The position numbers and the translations under genes were made by a program. A stretch of DNA of 64,000 bases from TPA_inf: Saccharomyces (Eukaryota), in the NCBI GenBank assembly GCA_000146045.2, contig BK006943.2:160001-224000 (forward strand). The letters are read 5' to 3'. Position 1 is the first letter of the stretch, and the number at the start of each line of letters is the position of its first letter. The notes under the pieces were generated by a model that saw only the letters and a program-made list of their open reading frames with translations, was not told where the DNA came from and made no database searches. This document shows, piece by piece, positions 13,599 through 24,500 of this stretch.

Positions 13599-16500
13599 TT
13601 AGAGCGTTGTGCTGCTCCTTTTAGGATTTCGGGAATGTGTGGTCTTACGCTTAAGAGCTCCCCAACGATGTTTCACATCAGTGAAACTTCTCTTGAAATG
13701 TTCCGTCATTGGGTCTTCTGTATTGGTTCTAGCCTGTCTCTTCAATTTCATGCCCTCAAGGTGGTCAATATGTTCAAGTCTATCACTAGGCAAGATAATT
13801 GCACGATCCAGTGAGTATGGTAGACCTCTATTCTTGCCTCTGATCAGCATAGCTATGATCACCAACTTAGATAATGTAGTAAACTGTCTTGAAAACGATT
13901 GGTTGGTGTCCGGATAACCTAGCGATAGCCCAACTGTACCGTAAGCGCTAACAATTTCAAAAAGAATTGCAAATATATTAAAGTTTGGTTCTTGTACGTC
14001 CTTTATCTTGTCCCCTTCACAAATGCAAATGATAAATAACCCTAAAAATAGAAACCACAAGTCAAATGAAAGCTGTTTCCTTAAATGGGCACCGATAAAG
14101 GATTTTGTAGATATTTCATTTGGATTTTCAGTTTTCTTTTTCTTTTTCTTTTTCCTGTTGTTATTGTTGTTGTTGTTCGAACTACTTCTTTGACTACTTT
14201 GACCTTCGTGACTCTCGTTTTCCTCGTCGTCATCTTCATCGTTACCATCGTCTTCAGTATCCGTATCTTCTGGTTCTCCCCCCATATCTCCATATAGTCC
14301 TAAAGATTGCTCCTCGTAAACATTTGTCCGTCGAATAGAGATGGCCAATGGTAATACGGAGACATACATCATTAGCATATAGGAGACTTGGATAGAAGGA
14401 TGCAGTTGACTTAAATCGACAACGCTGAATCCAGCAGTTCTTGTGCTAACAGATTGAAACAGGCCGACAAGGACTCTATAGCCTTTCGATAATGATTTCA
14501 CAACTGTTGAGCCAAAATCTAGAATAATAAATAAAATCCAATCAGTTATATTCAATCCTGCAAGCGTTAAAAGTAGCCACCATGTAGCTGCCTTAGGAAA
14601 TAGCAAGGTGAAACAACGACGTGGATGGTCTAAGAGAAAACCTAAACTTTCTCTCATCTGTGATAAATCAGGAGAAATTTTAAACATTATCCAAATGATG
14701 CATCTAAGAAGGATGGGAAACCCTGTATTTCCGATAATGATAAACCAAATCATAACGATCAATGGGTATACAGCTTTGTTAAACGACATCATTGAATTTG
14801 GAGTTAATGTCAAACCTAAATCATTAAATGCACTCATTGCTGTCCAAAATCCCCACCATGTAGGTGAAACACCATCATCTCTAACAACTTCACTATAATG
14901 CTTTTTCAAAATAATCCAAGGTACTAACATAACAAAAGCAACAATATGCCATCCAACGTAGTAGACAACCAATATGGTGCATAAAAGTTTGATTGCTCTG
15001 TACTCGACACCACCTAATTCATCTTTCTGGGCTCTTGTTAATCCAAGGAAGTTTGAGTTACGTCCAATAGTTGGTTGCCATGATAGATACGTTTTACCAC
15101 TGCCTTTAGATAAATCATGACGAGGATCTAGGTCATAATCGGTATCGAAATGTAAACCATAATAGCCTTCTTCATCGTCGTTGTAAGTAGGATAGTTGTT
15201 AAGACCATTGTGGTCGCTTCCTCCATTCGTGGAATAGATATTCTCATTAGAGTCGGAAGAGGCTTCTTCGCTTCCATTTTTATGAGAGCCATCATGATGT
15301 AAAATAGACTCTGCGTAATGAAGAATACTGTTTCCAGTATTACTATTATCAGGATAATTGCGATCGCTGTCAGATGCATAGGGACCATGTTCAAATATCT
15401 TGTTATTCCATCCCCTCTTCCTAAAGTTCGGTTTTTTTCTATGATGGGCTTTCCAATTTTGATAGACCATTTTTTGAAAATCAGGCGTCCTTGCGAGCTC
15501 ATTTAGATCCTTAGCCTCTGCCATATCGATGGTCCTGGAACGTTCCATAGGAACTGCTCTTGAACGATTATCATCAAATGATTTGGTTTTATACATGCGG
15601 TGCAGGTTCTGCTGCAGTTGGTGTTTTTCTTGCTGTTGTTGGTGCGATTTGAGTTCTGAATCAGAATGTGGTTCAGACTGCTGTACTCGTTCATCTTCAT
15701 CGCCGCTTTCGTTGTCAGCAAAGTATTCTTCGTTGTTATCGCCGTCGTTGTCATCGTCATCATCATCATCATCCATATCAGTAATAGGTTTTCTATCTGA
15801 AACATTGTTACTGCTGTTTTTCTCAATTGAACCAGTAGAAAGCCTTCTCTTAATTTGTTGCCGTATTCGCCGCGCTTTAGGAAAATGTTTCATGAGGTAC
15901 TTCTTCGATGCTTTTTTTCGATAAAGAACGGAAGATTTTGGGTTCAAATCATCGAAGGTTGAAACTCTTTTTGAAATTTTTCTAGGAGGTTTAGTTATAT
16001 CGAATTGAATTGATGGCCCATGCTTTTTGTCTGTTTCTGCGTTATCAGTAATGGCTATCGGGCCCGAATTTGATCTATGAGTATTTGTTCTTAATGAAGG
16101 TACTTTGTTACCAAAATTTGTGTGTAACGAGCTTTCGTCCGAAACGCTCGCCGTACTGTTTGCTTCACTTGACACGGAATTTTGATCAGTGTTACTTTCA
16201 TTTCCCTTATCTCGAATCTTGATTTTGTTACCATTTATGCCGGTGGCCTTCTTTAGCTTATTGACATTACTTTTATATCTTGTGCCATCCGCAGGGGACC
16301 CGATGACTAAAGGGGGACCTTCATCTTCAGCAGTTGCTTCATGCTTACCTTGTAGCATCATAATGGATCGATACATATCGGCTGGGCTAATATCTCTTGA
16401 ACCCCTTCTTTTTGCAAATTTCTCTGAGGGAACTCTTGCGGGTCTTTGTTTGCTGTGTGGCTCATCAAACCGAAGACTGCTTGGCTTGGGCTTCTGATTT

Positions 16501-17306
16501 AAACTTTCGTCTGCAACTGTGTTAGACGAACTACCTACCGTCGAGTAGGAGTTGTTCTCCTGATATTCTCCATTGTCATCCGTTTCGTCTTCCTTAACGA
16601 AATCATCTAAACTGCCACTGCTACCATTGTGATTCGTATTATTATTGCTGCTGTCCCTACTAATGTCATGAGAATTCTGGTCGCTGTGAACTGAGTCCTG
16701 CTCATCTCTATTAACCATTTCTCCGCTGAACAATTTTTCTTGGAAATCATCTGTTTTAGCTTGTTTCCTAGGATAAGACGTTCTTTGGGTACCTGTTCTA
16801 TTCTTGGTCATGGTTCTTGCTGTTAGTTCCCTTTCTAAGATTGTTTTCGTTCTTCTCATCTTAAAATTTCGTCTAGAAGAGTCTCTAATACCATCGAAGT
16901 AGCGCTCAAACCAGTAAAGCCGTACAAATGCCAAGCAACTATGAACTGCAATTGGTGTTGATATGCAGCATACGATATACAGAACAATTTGTTGGTATAA
17001 GCTTAGATTGTTGATATCCACAGTATTTAAGCCACCTTGTGTAACTGCGCCCGCTGCTAAAAACAATGTATCAATGTATCTGGTATTCTTAATGGGATAT
17101 AGCAGGATTGAAGTTATTAATGTCAGGGATATCGTGTAGAAGTAGTGAACCGCGATAAAACTGGGGAAGATATATTTTTTAACTGGAGCAAAATAGTGAC
17201 CACATAGAGCAATAAAATCACGAAATTTATGGCCGAAAGATTTTTTATATCGTATTTCAAGAGATGCCAATGTGGGCACTCTACTCATCGTTCTTCTAAA
17301 ATGCAT
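13599..17306 (-). CDS. TRK1: High-affinity K+ transporter, Trk/HKT family (1235 aa)
   Basis: 1235 aa, N-terminus MHFRRTMSRVPTLASLEIRYKK. Multiple membrane-pore-membrane repeats with GYG-like selectivity motifs (VGLSLGYP). Long hydrophilic loop containing poly-Asn/poly-Lys and poly-Asp runs. Sits between URA2 and PBS2, as YJL129C does. Confidence 0.9.
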   Translation of the reverse strand: MHFRRTMSRVPTLASLEIRYKKSFGHKFRDFIALCGHYFAPVKKYIFPSFIAVHYFYTISLTLITSILLYPIKNTRYIDTLFLAAGAVTQGGLNTVDINNLSLYQQIVLYIVCCISTPIAVHSCLAFVRLYWFERYFDGIRDSSRRNFKMRRTKTILERELTARTMTKNRTGTQRTSYPRKQAKTDDFQEKLFSGEMVNRDEQDSVHSDQNSHDISRDSSNNNTNHNGSSGSLDDFVKEDETDDNGEYQENNSYSTVGSSSNTVADESLNQKPKPSSLRFDEPHSKQRPARVPSEKFAKRRGSRDISPADMYRSIMMLQGKHEATAEDEGPPLVIGSPADGTRYKSNVNKLKKATGINGNKIKIRDKGNESNTDQNSVSSEANSTASVSDESSLHTNFGNKVPSLRTNTHRSNSGPIAITDNAETDKKHGPSIQFDITKPPRKISKRVSTFDDLNPKSSVLYRKKASKKYLMKHFPKARRIRQQIKRRLSTGSIEKNSSNNVSDRKPITDMDDDDDDDDNDGDNNEEYFADNESGDEDERVQQSEPHSDSELKSHQQQQEKHQLQQNLHRMYKTKSFDDNRSRAVPMERSRTIDMAEAKDLNELARTPDFQKMVYQNWKAHHRKKPNFRKRGWNNKIFEHGPYASDSDRNYPDNSNTGNSILHYAESILHHDGSHKNGSEEASSDSNENIYSTNGGSDHNGLNNYPTYNDDEEGYYGLHFDTDYDLDPRHDLSKGSGKTYLSWQPTIGRNSNFLGLTRAQKDELGGVEYRAIKLLCTILVVYYVGWHIVAFVMLVPWIILKKHYSEVVRDDGVSPTWWGFWTAMSAFNDLGLTLTPNSMMSFNKAVYPLIVMIWFIIIGNTGFPILLRCIIWIMFKISPDLSQMRESLGFLLDHPRRCFTLLFPKAATWWLLLTLAGLNITDWILFIILDFGSTVVKSLSKGYRVLVGLFQSVSTRTAGFSVVDLSQLHPSIQVSYMLMMYVSVLPLAISIRRTNVYEEQSLGLYGDMGGEPEDTDTEDDGNDEDDDEENESHEGQSSQRSSSNNNNNNNRKKKKKKKTENPNEISTKSFIGAHLRKQLSFDLWFLFLGLFIICICEGDKIKDVQEPNFNIFAILFEIVSAYGTVGLSLGYPDTNQSFSRQFTTLSKLVIIAMLIRGKNRGLPYSLDRAIILPSDRLEHIDHLEGMKLKRQARTNTEDPMTEHFKRSFTDVKHRWGALKRKTTHSRNPKRSSTTL

Positions 17307-18096
17307 TGTTAGTTATCAAAAAAAGGTAATAACTTTAAGTAAAATGGATAGGAATGACTTCCTTGAGAGCCAATAGAATACCCTCCTTCTTTTTAAGGCA
17401 ATACAAGTGTGGAATCAGTGATGCTAATGGTAAGGTAAAAACAATGGGCGAAAGGAAAGCAACAGTAACAAAAAGTTTCTAATAATGTAAGAGCTCTTTA
17501 TCTTGATAGGTAATTATTTACTGTTTTCCGTGAAAGTAGCAAAATTTAGAAGTTAGGGTAAGATACAGGTATAGTTCCTGGTCCAGACTCCACATCTACT
17601 CTCAATAACGTGGATTTGAACTTTCAAAACACCTTTTATTTTCTCGATGATTTTGGACTTTTTTTTCTTTCCTAGCCTTGAGCCGTAAAGAGCGGAAAAA
17701 CCATCAGACAATTCCAGAGCATTTTTTCTTTCTTGCGTTGTCAGCCCCGAACGTAAATAATTTCGAGGAGTCGATGGCCGTAGCAATAATCGAATAACAC
17801 AATATATTGACGTCCACATCGCTTCACTTGCCGGTGCTTGAAATAACATCCCCTCAATACTCTGTCATAATTCGTGCCCTTTTTTAGGTTCGACAAAAGG
17901 AAGTCAGACGATATATATATATGAATATATATATATATATATGTCTATAACGAGTATAATGCAAGTTTATTACAATAAACATATGTATATGTAAGGTTTT
18001 TTTGTATTCGCCGCATCATTTCCACAGTAGCTTTTCGTCTGCTTTTTTTTTGTTGTTATATTCACGTGCCTGTTTGCTTTTATTTGGATATTAACG

Positions 18097-20103
18097 CTAT
18101 AAACCACCCATATGTAATGCCGGTACATTTTTAGATAAACCATTCTCACCACGTTCCCGTAAGATTTTGTTGCGCCTTTCTAATCGTTCAGTGATATACT
18201 CACTCATGTGGACATCCTGGTTTCTGTATTTTACTAACCAAGGATGCTCTGTTAAAGCTGCGTATGTAGGTCTTCTTTCCGGAATCTTTTGTAGACATAA
18301 AGAAACAAAATCTTGTGCGTCAGAACTGAATTTATCTGAAGGTAATCTCGGTGGCGGCCCATCAACAATAGCGCTCAATTGAGAGAAAATGTTGTCGTAT
18401 GTTTCTGGTGGATACGGATATCTACCTAGTGCCATTTCCAGAATGCTTAAACCTAAAGACCAGATGTCTGACTGTACGGTATAGGTGGCTCTATCTGGAT
18501 TCAACGATTTGATTCGTTCAGGTGCCATGTATGACTGACAACCAATATTAGTCTTCGCTAAAGATGCCACCAAATTACCAGAAACACCGAAATCGCACAG
18601 CTTTACGGTGCCTTGGTTGGCTGAACATAAAATATTTGTTGGTTTGACATCTCTGTGTATGATATTATGCTGCTCTTTGAGTTCTTTTAGTCCATGAATG
18701 ACAGCATTGGCAATAAACGCTAGCTGAGGTTCATCAATGCCGCCGATTTCAGATGATTCGTCGTATATTTTATCCAAGGAACCACCATCCATGTATTCCA
18801 TACACATGTAGACGGCGCCCTCAATAAAGAATGCACCATAAAAATCCACAATATAGGGAGAATTGCATTTATGCAAAACTTCTAGTTCCATTAAAATTTG
18901 TCTAAATTTAGCCTCATCTAGCTCCAAACGGACTTCCTTCGTCGCCATAATAACATTTGTGGGCTTATGCAGTACCTTTGAGACGTTACCATAGTTACCA
19001 TGACCCAGTTCATCCAAAAATTCTAGTTCGTCCAATGTAATTCTCGAACTAGAACCATTGCTGAAATCTATTCCTTTAGAGGATAGCGATAGTTTGCCTG
19101 CAAAATTCAAAGAGCCGGATTTGATATCCACGTATTTCGAGAAATTTGCGAAAAGACCACCACCACCACTACTACCAGAATTTGAAGAGTTGTTGCTGTT
19201 TCCAGTTCTGGGTGTAGTGCCTACAGTGTCATGTGGGCCTTCGGTACTTGATGAGGTGGATGTGCTTTGCACACCATTTATCAAAGAACCCGGATTCGAT
19301 CTTTTCCCTTCAACAACTTTGCTGTTTGATAAGGTTTCTATATGTTTTTTGTTTGAAGGGCTTGGGGCAAACTGCTGCGGCTGTTGAGCTGTTTTAGTGG
19401 GCATTTTTAATGACATTCCTCCTGGTGGTAATTTGAGCCCTCGACGGGCACTTAAACTTTGTTTTGGTGTGTTGATTATAGCAGGGGCCTTATGCGGGGC
19501 AACATTTGGTCTTGTAGGGTGCTGGGTAGAAAGCGGCCTTCTTGGTGCCCTTCTGTTAGGATTCAGCAATTGCGCCTTATGTGTTGCTGATGCAGTATTA
19601 GAAACTGACGGCGTAATGTCAGTAGCAGGTAGGCCAGTATTTACACCAATTGTTGTGGCGGTAATTTTGGTTGTATCGATGTTAATATTTACGTCGGTAA
19701 TGTTTTGTGTTTCTTGATTGTCCAGAACGTTCTTAAGAGTGCTCTTGGAGGACGCTTGCACGACTTGGCTACTCATTCTTTGTGAAACCTTAGAACTTCC
19801 TGCTACGGGAAGAGGCGGCAATGGCTTATTAACAATCTGCTGAATATGTTTAGGTGATTGTGAACTGCCTTTGTCTTGCTCGCTTTGATTACTGCCCACG
19901 CTGGCAGACCTTTTCAATGCACGTTGTTCTTGAAAAGCTTTTACACGAGCATGAAGGTCAGCGTTGATGTTATTGTAGTGCGAGGACGTCGAAGATGTTC
20001 TCTTGACAGCAGAGCCATTATCTGAGCCTGTTTGCTCGTTTAATTGGATAGATGACTTACCAGTTTTCTCATGGAGACTGAGGTTAGCAAACTTGTCTTC
20101 CAT
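18097..20103 (-). CDS. PBS2: MAP kinase kinase of the HOG pathway (668 aa)
   Basis: N-terminus MEDKFANLSLHEKTGKSS. Proline-rich SH3-binding motif NKPLPPLPVAGSS. Kinase subdomains HRDVKPTNIL, DFGVSG and S/T-x3-S/T activation loop (SLAKTNIGCQSYMAPE). Length matches YJL128C. Confidence 0.95.
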   Translation of the reverse strand: MEDKFANLSLHEKTGKSSIQLNEQTGSDNGSAVKRTSSTSSHYNNINADLHARVKAFQEQRALKRSASVGSNQSEQDKGSSQSPKHIQQIVNKPLPPLPVAGSSKVSQRMSSQVVQASSKSTLKNVLDNQETQNITDVNINIDTTKITATTIGVNTGLPATDITPSVSNTASATHKAQLLNPNRRAPRRPLSTQHPTRPNVAPHKAPAIINTPKQSLSARRGLKLPPGGMSLKMPTKTAQQPQQFAPSPSNKKHIETLSNSKVVEGKRSNPGSLINGVQSTSTSSSTEGPHDTVGTTPRTGNSNNSSNSGSSGGGGLFANFSKYVDIKSGSLNFAGKLSLSSKGIDFSNGSSSRITLDELEFLDELGHGNYGNVSKVLHKPTNVIMATKEVRLELDEAKFRQILMELEVLHKCNSPYIVDFYGAFFIEGAVYMCMEYMDGGSLDKIYDESSEIGGIDEPQLAFIANAVIHGLKELKEQHNIIHRDVKPTNILCSANQGTVKLCDFGVSGNLVASLAKTNIGCQSYMAPERIKSLNPDRATYTVQSDIWSLGLSILEMALGRYPYPPETYDNIFSQLSAIVDGPPPRLPSDKFSSDAQDFVSLCLQKIPERRPTYAALTEHPWLVKYRNQDVHMSEYITERLERRNKILRERGENGLSKNVPALHMGGL

Positions 20104-21550
20104 CTTTGAGAAATTAACGTCTCGATCTGCTTAATATAATAATGTATCTATAGAAATGTACGGAAAAACGGGTACTTTATCAGTTTTAGTTGTATGACGT
20201 TGATGTCTGGAGAAGGACAAGGAAAAAGTAGTTCTGTGAAACGTGTACCCACAATAGCAGCTACCCTTGTCTTCTTTTTTAGTAATTCTTTTCTTCCGGC
20301 AAGCAGGTAAGCAGTTATCTCTGTGTCCAGATCCCTTTGAAGTAAAGTTTATTCAATTTTCTATAGAACGTGTATGGCTCACGAAATCGCTCACTAGTAG
20401 ACAACACACGTTAGAAAGATCCTTTCAGGTGCAACGGGACGCAGAGGGAAAAAACTGGAAAAATTGCCACTAATGAAAAGGCAAATAGAGGATGAAAAAG
20501 AAAAGGTAAATGCAGATGAAAGGACGAAGACAGATGCGATAAGAACAGCGTTTGAGATCGGATGCAAAGGATATAGTTTTGCTCTGGCACTGTGTTAGTG
20601 TGCTTGTGGGTGCTTTTTCTTCTATTTGCAAGAAAATGTGACCTTTGCGGATAACCTATATAAGACGGGGTTTCCTTGCTTTGAAAAGTTTAAAACAGAT
20701 ATTCTTGCAGATACAGGAGTACATACTTGTGCGATCATCACCAAGATAACAAGAGATTAATCAAATATAGAAACAGATATATAAAATAGATACAGAGTGC
20801 TACGCAATAAGATTTTTTTTTCCTGTTGCAATACTATACTACGTCTTGACATGAACTCTCAACAGTGATATTTCTGGGGAGTTGTATCGATGTGTAGTAA
20901 CTGGTAGTAGTCTAGTAATGAGTTGTTCTCATGTTAGTGAATATTCTGTATGCTTCCGTGCCTGCTGCTATGCTCAAGGGGAACAGAAAAGCAACACGCT
21001 CAAAATAGTAATCTACATGAGAAACAAGACTTAGTCATTGCCTTTTGCCAGAATTGGCTTCGGCCGTAGCTGTTGAAGTTAATCCCGCAGTAAAAGACAA
21101 ACGGCTCCGTATTCAGCAGTTCTATATATCACCTCATTAAGACACAGACGATCTTGACAGTTGCAGCAGAAACACGCCACCATATGTTCTTGTAGCTACA
21201 CCACGATTGAGTGTCTGCACTCTTATTCAAGTGTTTCAACTAAAAATAAGTCTAAGCTGAAAGATTATTACTTTCATTTGATTTTTTTATTTTTGAAGCC
21301 CCATTTCCTTAAATCGTTCTCGTGGACGAGATTAAAAATAGAAATGATGTAGAGGAGATGCACTAAACATTGCCTCCCTGCACCGCACAATTACTGTAGC
21401 CATTGTGCTTATTTATATCTACCTATATATCTAAGCAGCTATATCATGGGCTTGACATACGCGACTTCTGCTTGCTTTTGTGCTCTCGTTCAAAGAGCAA
21501 TTACTTCATTCCATCTCAAGAAGGACTGTTGCAGGTCATTATTTCATTTC

Positions 21551-21709
21551 TTACTGCACGTATTTCGATTGAGCTGCTAATGAAATCACAACACAACTAC
21601 CCAAATAGCCTAAGAATTGGAAAAAGGCCCTTCTTGATAATTGGATCTGTTGAGTTGGCGTATGCAAAGCTGTAAATATTGAACGGATCTGGTTGAAAAA
21701 GAAAATCAT
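21551..21709 (-). CDS. Small conserved ORF (52 aa), candidate YJL127C-B
   Basis: The ATG at rc 21707-21709 within the 62-aa track ORF gives a 52-aa hydrophobic peptide, MIFFFNQIRSIFTALHTPTQQ...AAQSKYVQ. This matches the length I recall for YJL127C-B, located between PBS2 and SPT10. Assignment rests on length and position only. Confidence 0.4.
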   Translation of the reverse strand: MIFFFNQIRSIFTALHTPTQQIQLSRRAFFQFLGYLGSCVVISLAAQSKYVQ

Positions 21710-22297
21710 GCTTTCTTTATTGTCGCGTAAACTGTACACTGCTGCAATTATCTAGCTGGCTGCTAGTAGCAATGTGCTCTTCGTTACGCTACCGTAGCTT
21801 TTCTCCGTGAGTGACTGATTTTGCTGCTGTACATTTAACTCCTTTTCTATTTAAATTGTGCGCTGCCATTTTCCGCATCGGAAAACCTAAGACAAATTTT
21901 GATGAGTATACTTGGTACGTGCCCACGCAGCCAATAGTGTCTCGTTCACGGCATCAGATACAGCAGTACTTAAAAGGGCACTGAGGATCAGGTTTCCTAA
22001 TCTGGAAAATTTTGCAGCACAAAGCTTAGTTATTTATCTCCGATTATGGATTTCTGCAGTACCTAGGTTTCAACGTAAAACTGTAACAGAACCTTTCGTC
22101 ATGCAAGCATAATTGAGTTGAGTGCCTTGTTTCCAATTTCAGTTTCCAATTTTACTTCAAAAATCACTTCTGAAATAAGATTTAAGACTTGTCAACCCTG
22201 TTCCAAAAGTGGACGCATCATTAAATGTACCTTTTTTCTGTACAAACTTTATAGTTTCTAGGGTTGGTGATGTGACCGTCTCTGGCAGAGTCGCAAT

Positions 22298-24220
22298 TTA
22301 ATAATAAATATTAGAATTGTGCTCTGTAAATGTATTAGATTCGTTGTTAACAATCTTAGTGACTGAATTCTCATTACCTTCACTGTTGTTCAAATCGATT
22401 TGTTGGCCAGTCACATCTTCACCTCGATGATTTATCTTCTGTTGTTGTTCCTTTTGGACCATTTCTAGAGCGGCCATGACGTTATCTTCGAGGCTCAACA
22501 TAGCATCGTTCATTATAGTATGGTCATTTCTATCTAAATCGGGAACTGAATGGTTCATATCTCGTTCATCACGGTTGACGGGGTTCGCGTGATCCTGCGA
22601 TTCGTTATTCGTTAAATGGGGTACAATTCCGTTGGAGGCAACATCCAAGTATTTTCGTCTTTTTCTTGAGTTTTCTTCCTCCACGAATCTATTGAAGGAA
22701 TTCATTGACTGTTCGTCGTCCAATAGTGGCGTGCTCTGTATTGAGGAAAGAAACTCGGATCTTTTATTCGCTTCGTTGGCTTCAGCTGTTGTTGCGGGAC
22801 TATTCGTGGCGTTCTGGAATGTGGGTTGTACGATATTAGTGTCTGGCGGAGTGGGTTCACCCTCCACATCATTCAGCGTACTGGAAATAATATTTTGAGG
22901 GAAATTTATTGCCTGTCCCAATAACGCATTATCATGCTTCTTGCTTTTTCTTGGATTGTTGATAGTTTCTATATGCTGCGTCGGTAGCATATGCGCCTGC
23001 TTAACTGCTCTCTTTTGTTCAATTATTACCCCTGTCCCGTCTTTGTACCTCATCTTGCATTTTTGGCACCGAGAGATTACCTCCGAAACAGTACTCTTGA
23101 TTCCTCTCCAATGGTATTTTTCACCAATTTTGGAGGTCACCTTGTTGATGCCTAAATGTTCCATTAAATGTATCTCTAATGCAATCTGGATTTGTTGATC
23201 CGTGTCATAAATGATTTCTTTTCCTTTTGTCATCAACTTGCCATTCAATACCGAATGAGTTTTGGAAAGTACTCTTAATCTAGCCTTTTCGTTTCTATCA
23301 CAATGTAAAGGATACTTGCCTGTTTCCAGAAAATGCTTTAATCGTTCATATTTCCCAATTTCGATACTCTTTTGAGGATCTCGTAACAAATCTATACTTT
23401 TCGTAATATGTGTGAACTCTTTACCATACATGAAAGAATCTACTGGGACATCAAAGCCCTTGAGAATCCCGGCTTCAGGCAGCTTTCCAATCCGCCTAAA
23501 GTTCAATCCTTCCAAAATTCTTCTGATTCCTACGTTCGTTCCGTAAATTAACGGGAAAAAGGAGGACGTAAATCCTAATTTCTTTGACCATTCTATGAAT
23601 GTTTCCATTAGTGTTTTCCCAATACCTTTTCCACGAATACCAGCATTGACCAGAAATGTTCCTGTGACCACATGCGCTGACCGTCCAGGGTATGCTGGTT
23701 TGAGGTCAAATATGCCTAGACATTGCTTCTCCCACTGCATACTTAGATTTAAATTGCGACGTTCTTTTCGTTTCTTATATTGGGTGGTGTGCTTCGTGGT
23801 TTCTATTTCTGTTCCAAAATTATCATTTGTGTCCGCTTCAGTATCCATACTATAATCCAGTTCTGGTATTTCGCCTAACACCATAATACAAACGTGACCA
23901 TCATTATGAAACCAGACATTTTTGAATTCTTCTAGTGATAAAGTCTCGTAATAAGGAAAACTATCTCCCTTTTCCACTTCCATGTTAAATTCATCTAGAA
24001 GGAAATTTAAGAGCCCTAGCGGCAATAAATCAGGATACGCAGGTATAGGATACATCGTAGCTATTGTTTCTCCATCTTTCAATAAAATGGTATACGGTTG
24101 TAAAGGAGTCAAAAGTTGATCTGGGACCGCTGCCTCATTTCTCACTTCTGAACTGCTATTTTGGTGTGCCATCTGCAGATGTTCGTCATCCGGTACTGAA
24201 CTTGTGTGCTGATTTAGCAT
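22298..24220 (-). CDS. SPT10: Histone-gene transcriptional regulator with GNAT acetyltransferase-like domain (640 aa)
   Basis: 640 aa. GNAT-like region (VNAGIRGKGIGKTLMETFIEW). H2C2 zinc-finger-like segment (HLMEHLGINKV...CQKCKMRY). Neighbour order PBS2 / SPT10 / NIT2 matches YJL127C. Confidence 0.85.
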   Translation of the reverse strand: MLNQHTSSVPDDEHLQMAHQNSSSEVRNEAAVPDQLLTPLQPYTILLKDGETIATMYPIPAYPDLLPLGLLNFLLDEFNMEVEKGDSFPYYETLSLEEFKNVWFHNDGHVCIMVLGEIPELDYSMDTEADTNDNFGTEIETTKHTTQYKKRKERRNLNLSMQWEKQCLGIFDLKPAYPGRSAHVVTGTFLVNAGIRGKGIGKTLMETFIEWSKKLGFTSSFFPLIYGTNVGIRRILEGLNFRRIGKLPEAGILKGFDVPVDSFMYGKEFTHITKSIDLLRDPQKSIEIGKYERLKHFLETGKYPLHCDRNEKARLRVLSKTHSVLNGKLMTKGKEIIYDTDQQIQIALEIHLMEHLGINKVTSKIGEKYHWRGIKSTVSEVISRCQKCKMRYKDGTGVIIEQKRAVKQAHMLPTQHIETINNPRKSKKHDNALLGQAINFPQNIISSTLNDVEGEPTPPDTNIVQPTFQNATNSPATTAEANEANKRSEFLSSIQSTPLLDDEQSMNSFNRFVEEENSRKRRKYLDVASNGIVPHLTNNESQDHANPVNRDERDMNHSVPDLDRNDHTIMNDAMLSLEDNVMAALEMVQKEQQQKINHRGEDVTGQQIDLNNSEGNENSVTKIVNNESNTFTEHNSNIYY

Positions 24221-24500
24221 TGAAGCTAATTATTACGATTTTTGTTGATAATCACTTTGGCGGAAGTCTAGAGTTGTTCTTGATCGGTACACTTTTTACT
24301 CATCCCCCGAGCAGTGAACTAACGCCAATGTAATGAATTTTGCTCTTTTATATTTTTCATTTTTTTATTATTTTAGCTCACGATCCGCATCTCGAATTTT
24401 CAGAGCTTACTAGATTCTAGGCCATTAGAAGTAAATGAATAGAGGTGAAATAAAATTCATACCCATCATGAAGTCTCCTTCATAAAATATAACACCGCAA

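Noticed and set aside
17905-17945. (TA)n-like dinucleotide microsatellite (gatatatatatatgaatatatatatatatatatg) in the TRK1-PBS2 intergenic region
   Set aside because: A simple AT dinucleotide repeat, typical of yeast intergenic DNA. No evidence of function beyond a possible slippage polymorphism.
20104-22297. 2.2-kb gene-poor interval between PBS2 and SPT10 as a possible hidden large gene or ncRNA locus
   Set aside because: No long ORF in any frame. Only short ORFs are present, one of which fits a known 52-aa conserved small ORF. The rest is consistent with a long PBS2 promoter plus SPT10 3' region. No structured-RNA signature could be established by eye.
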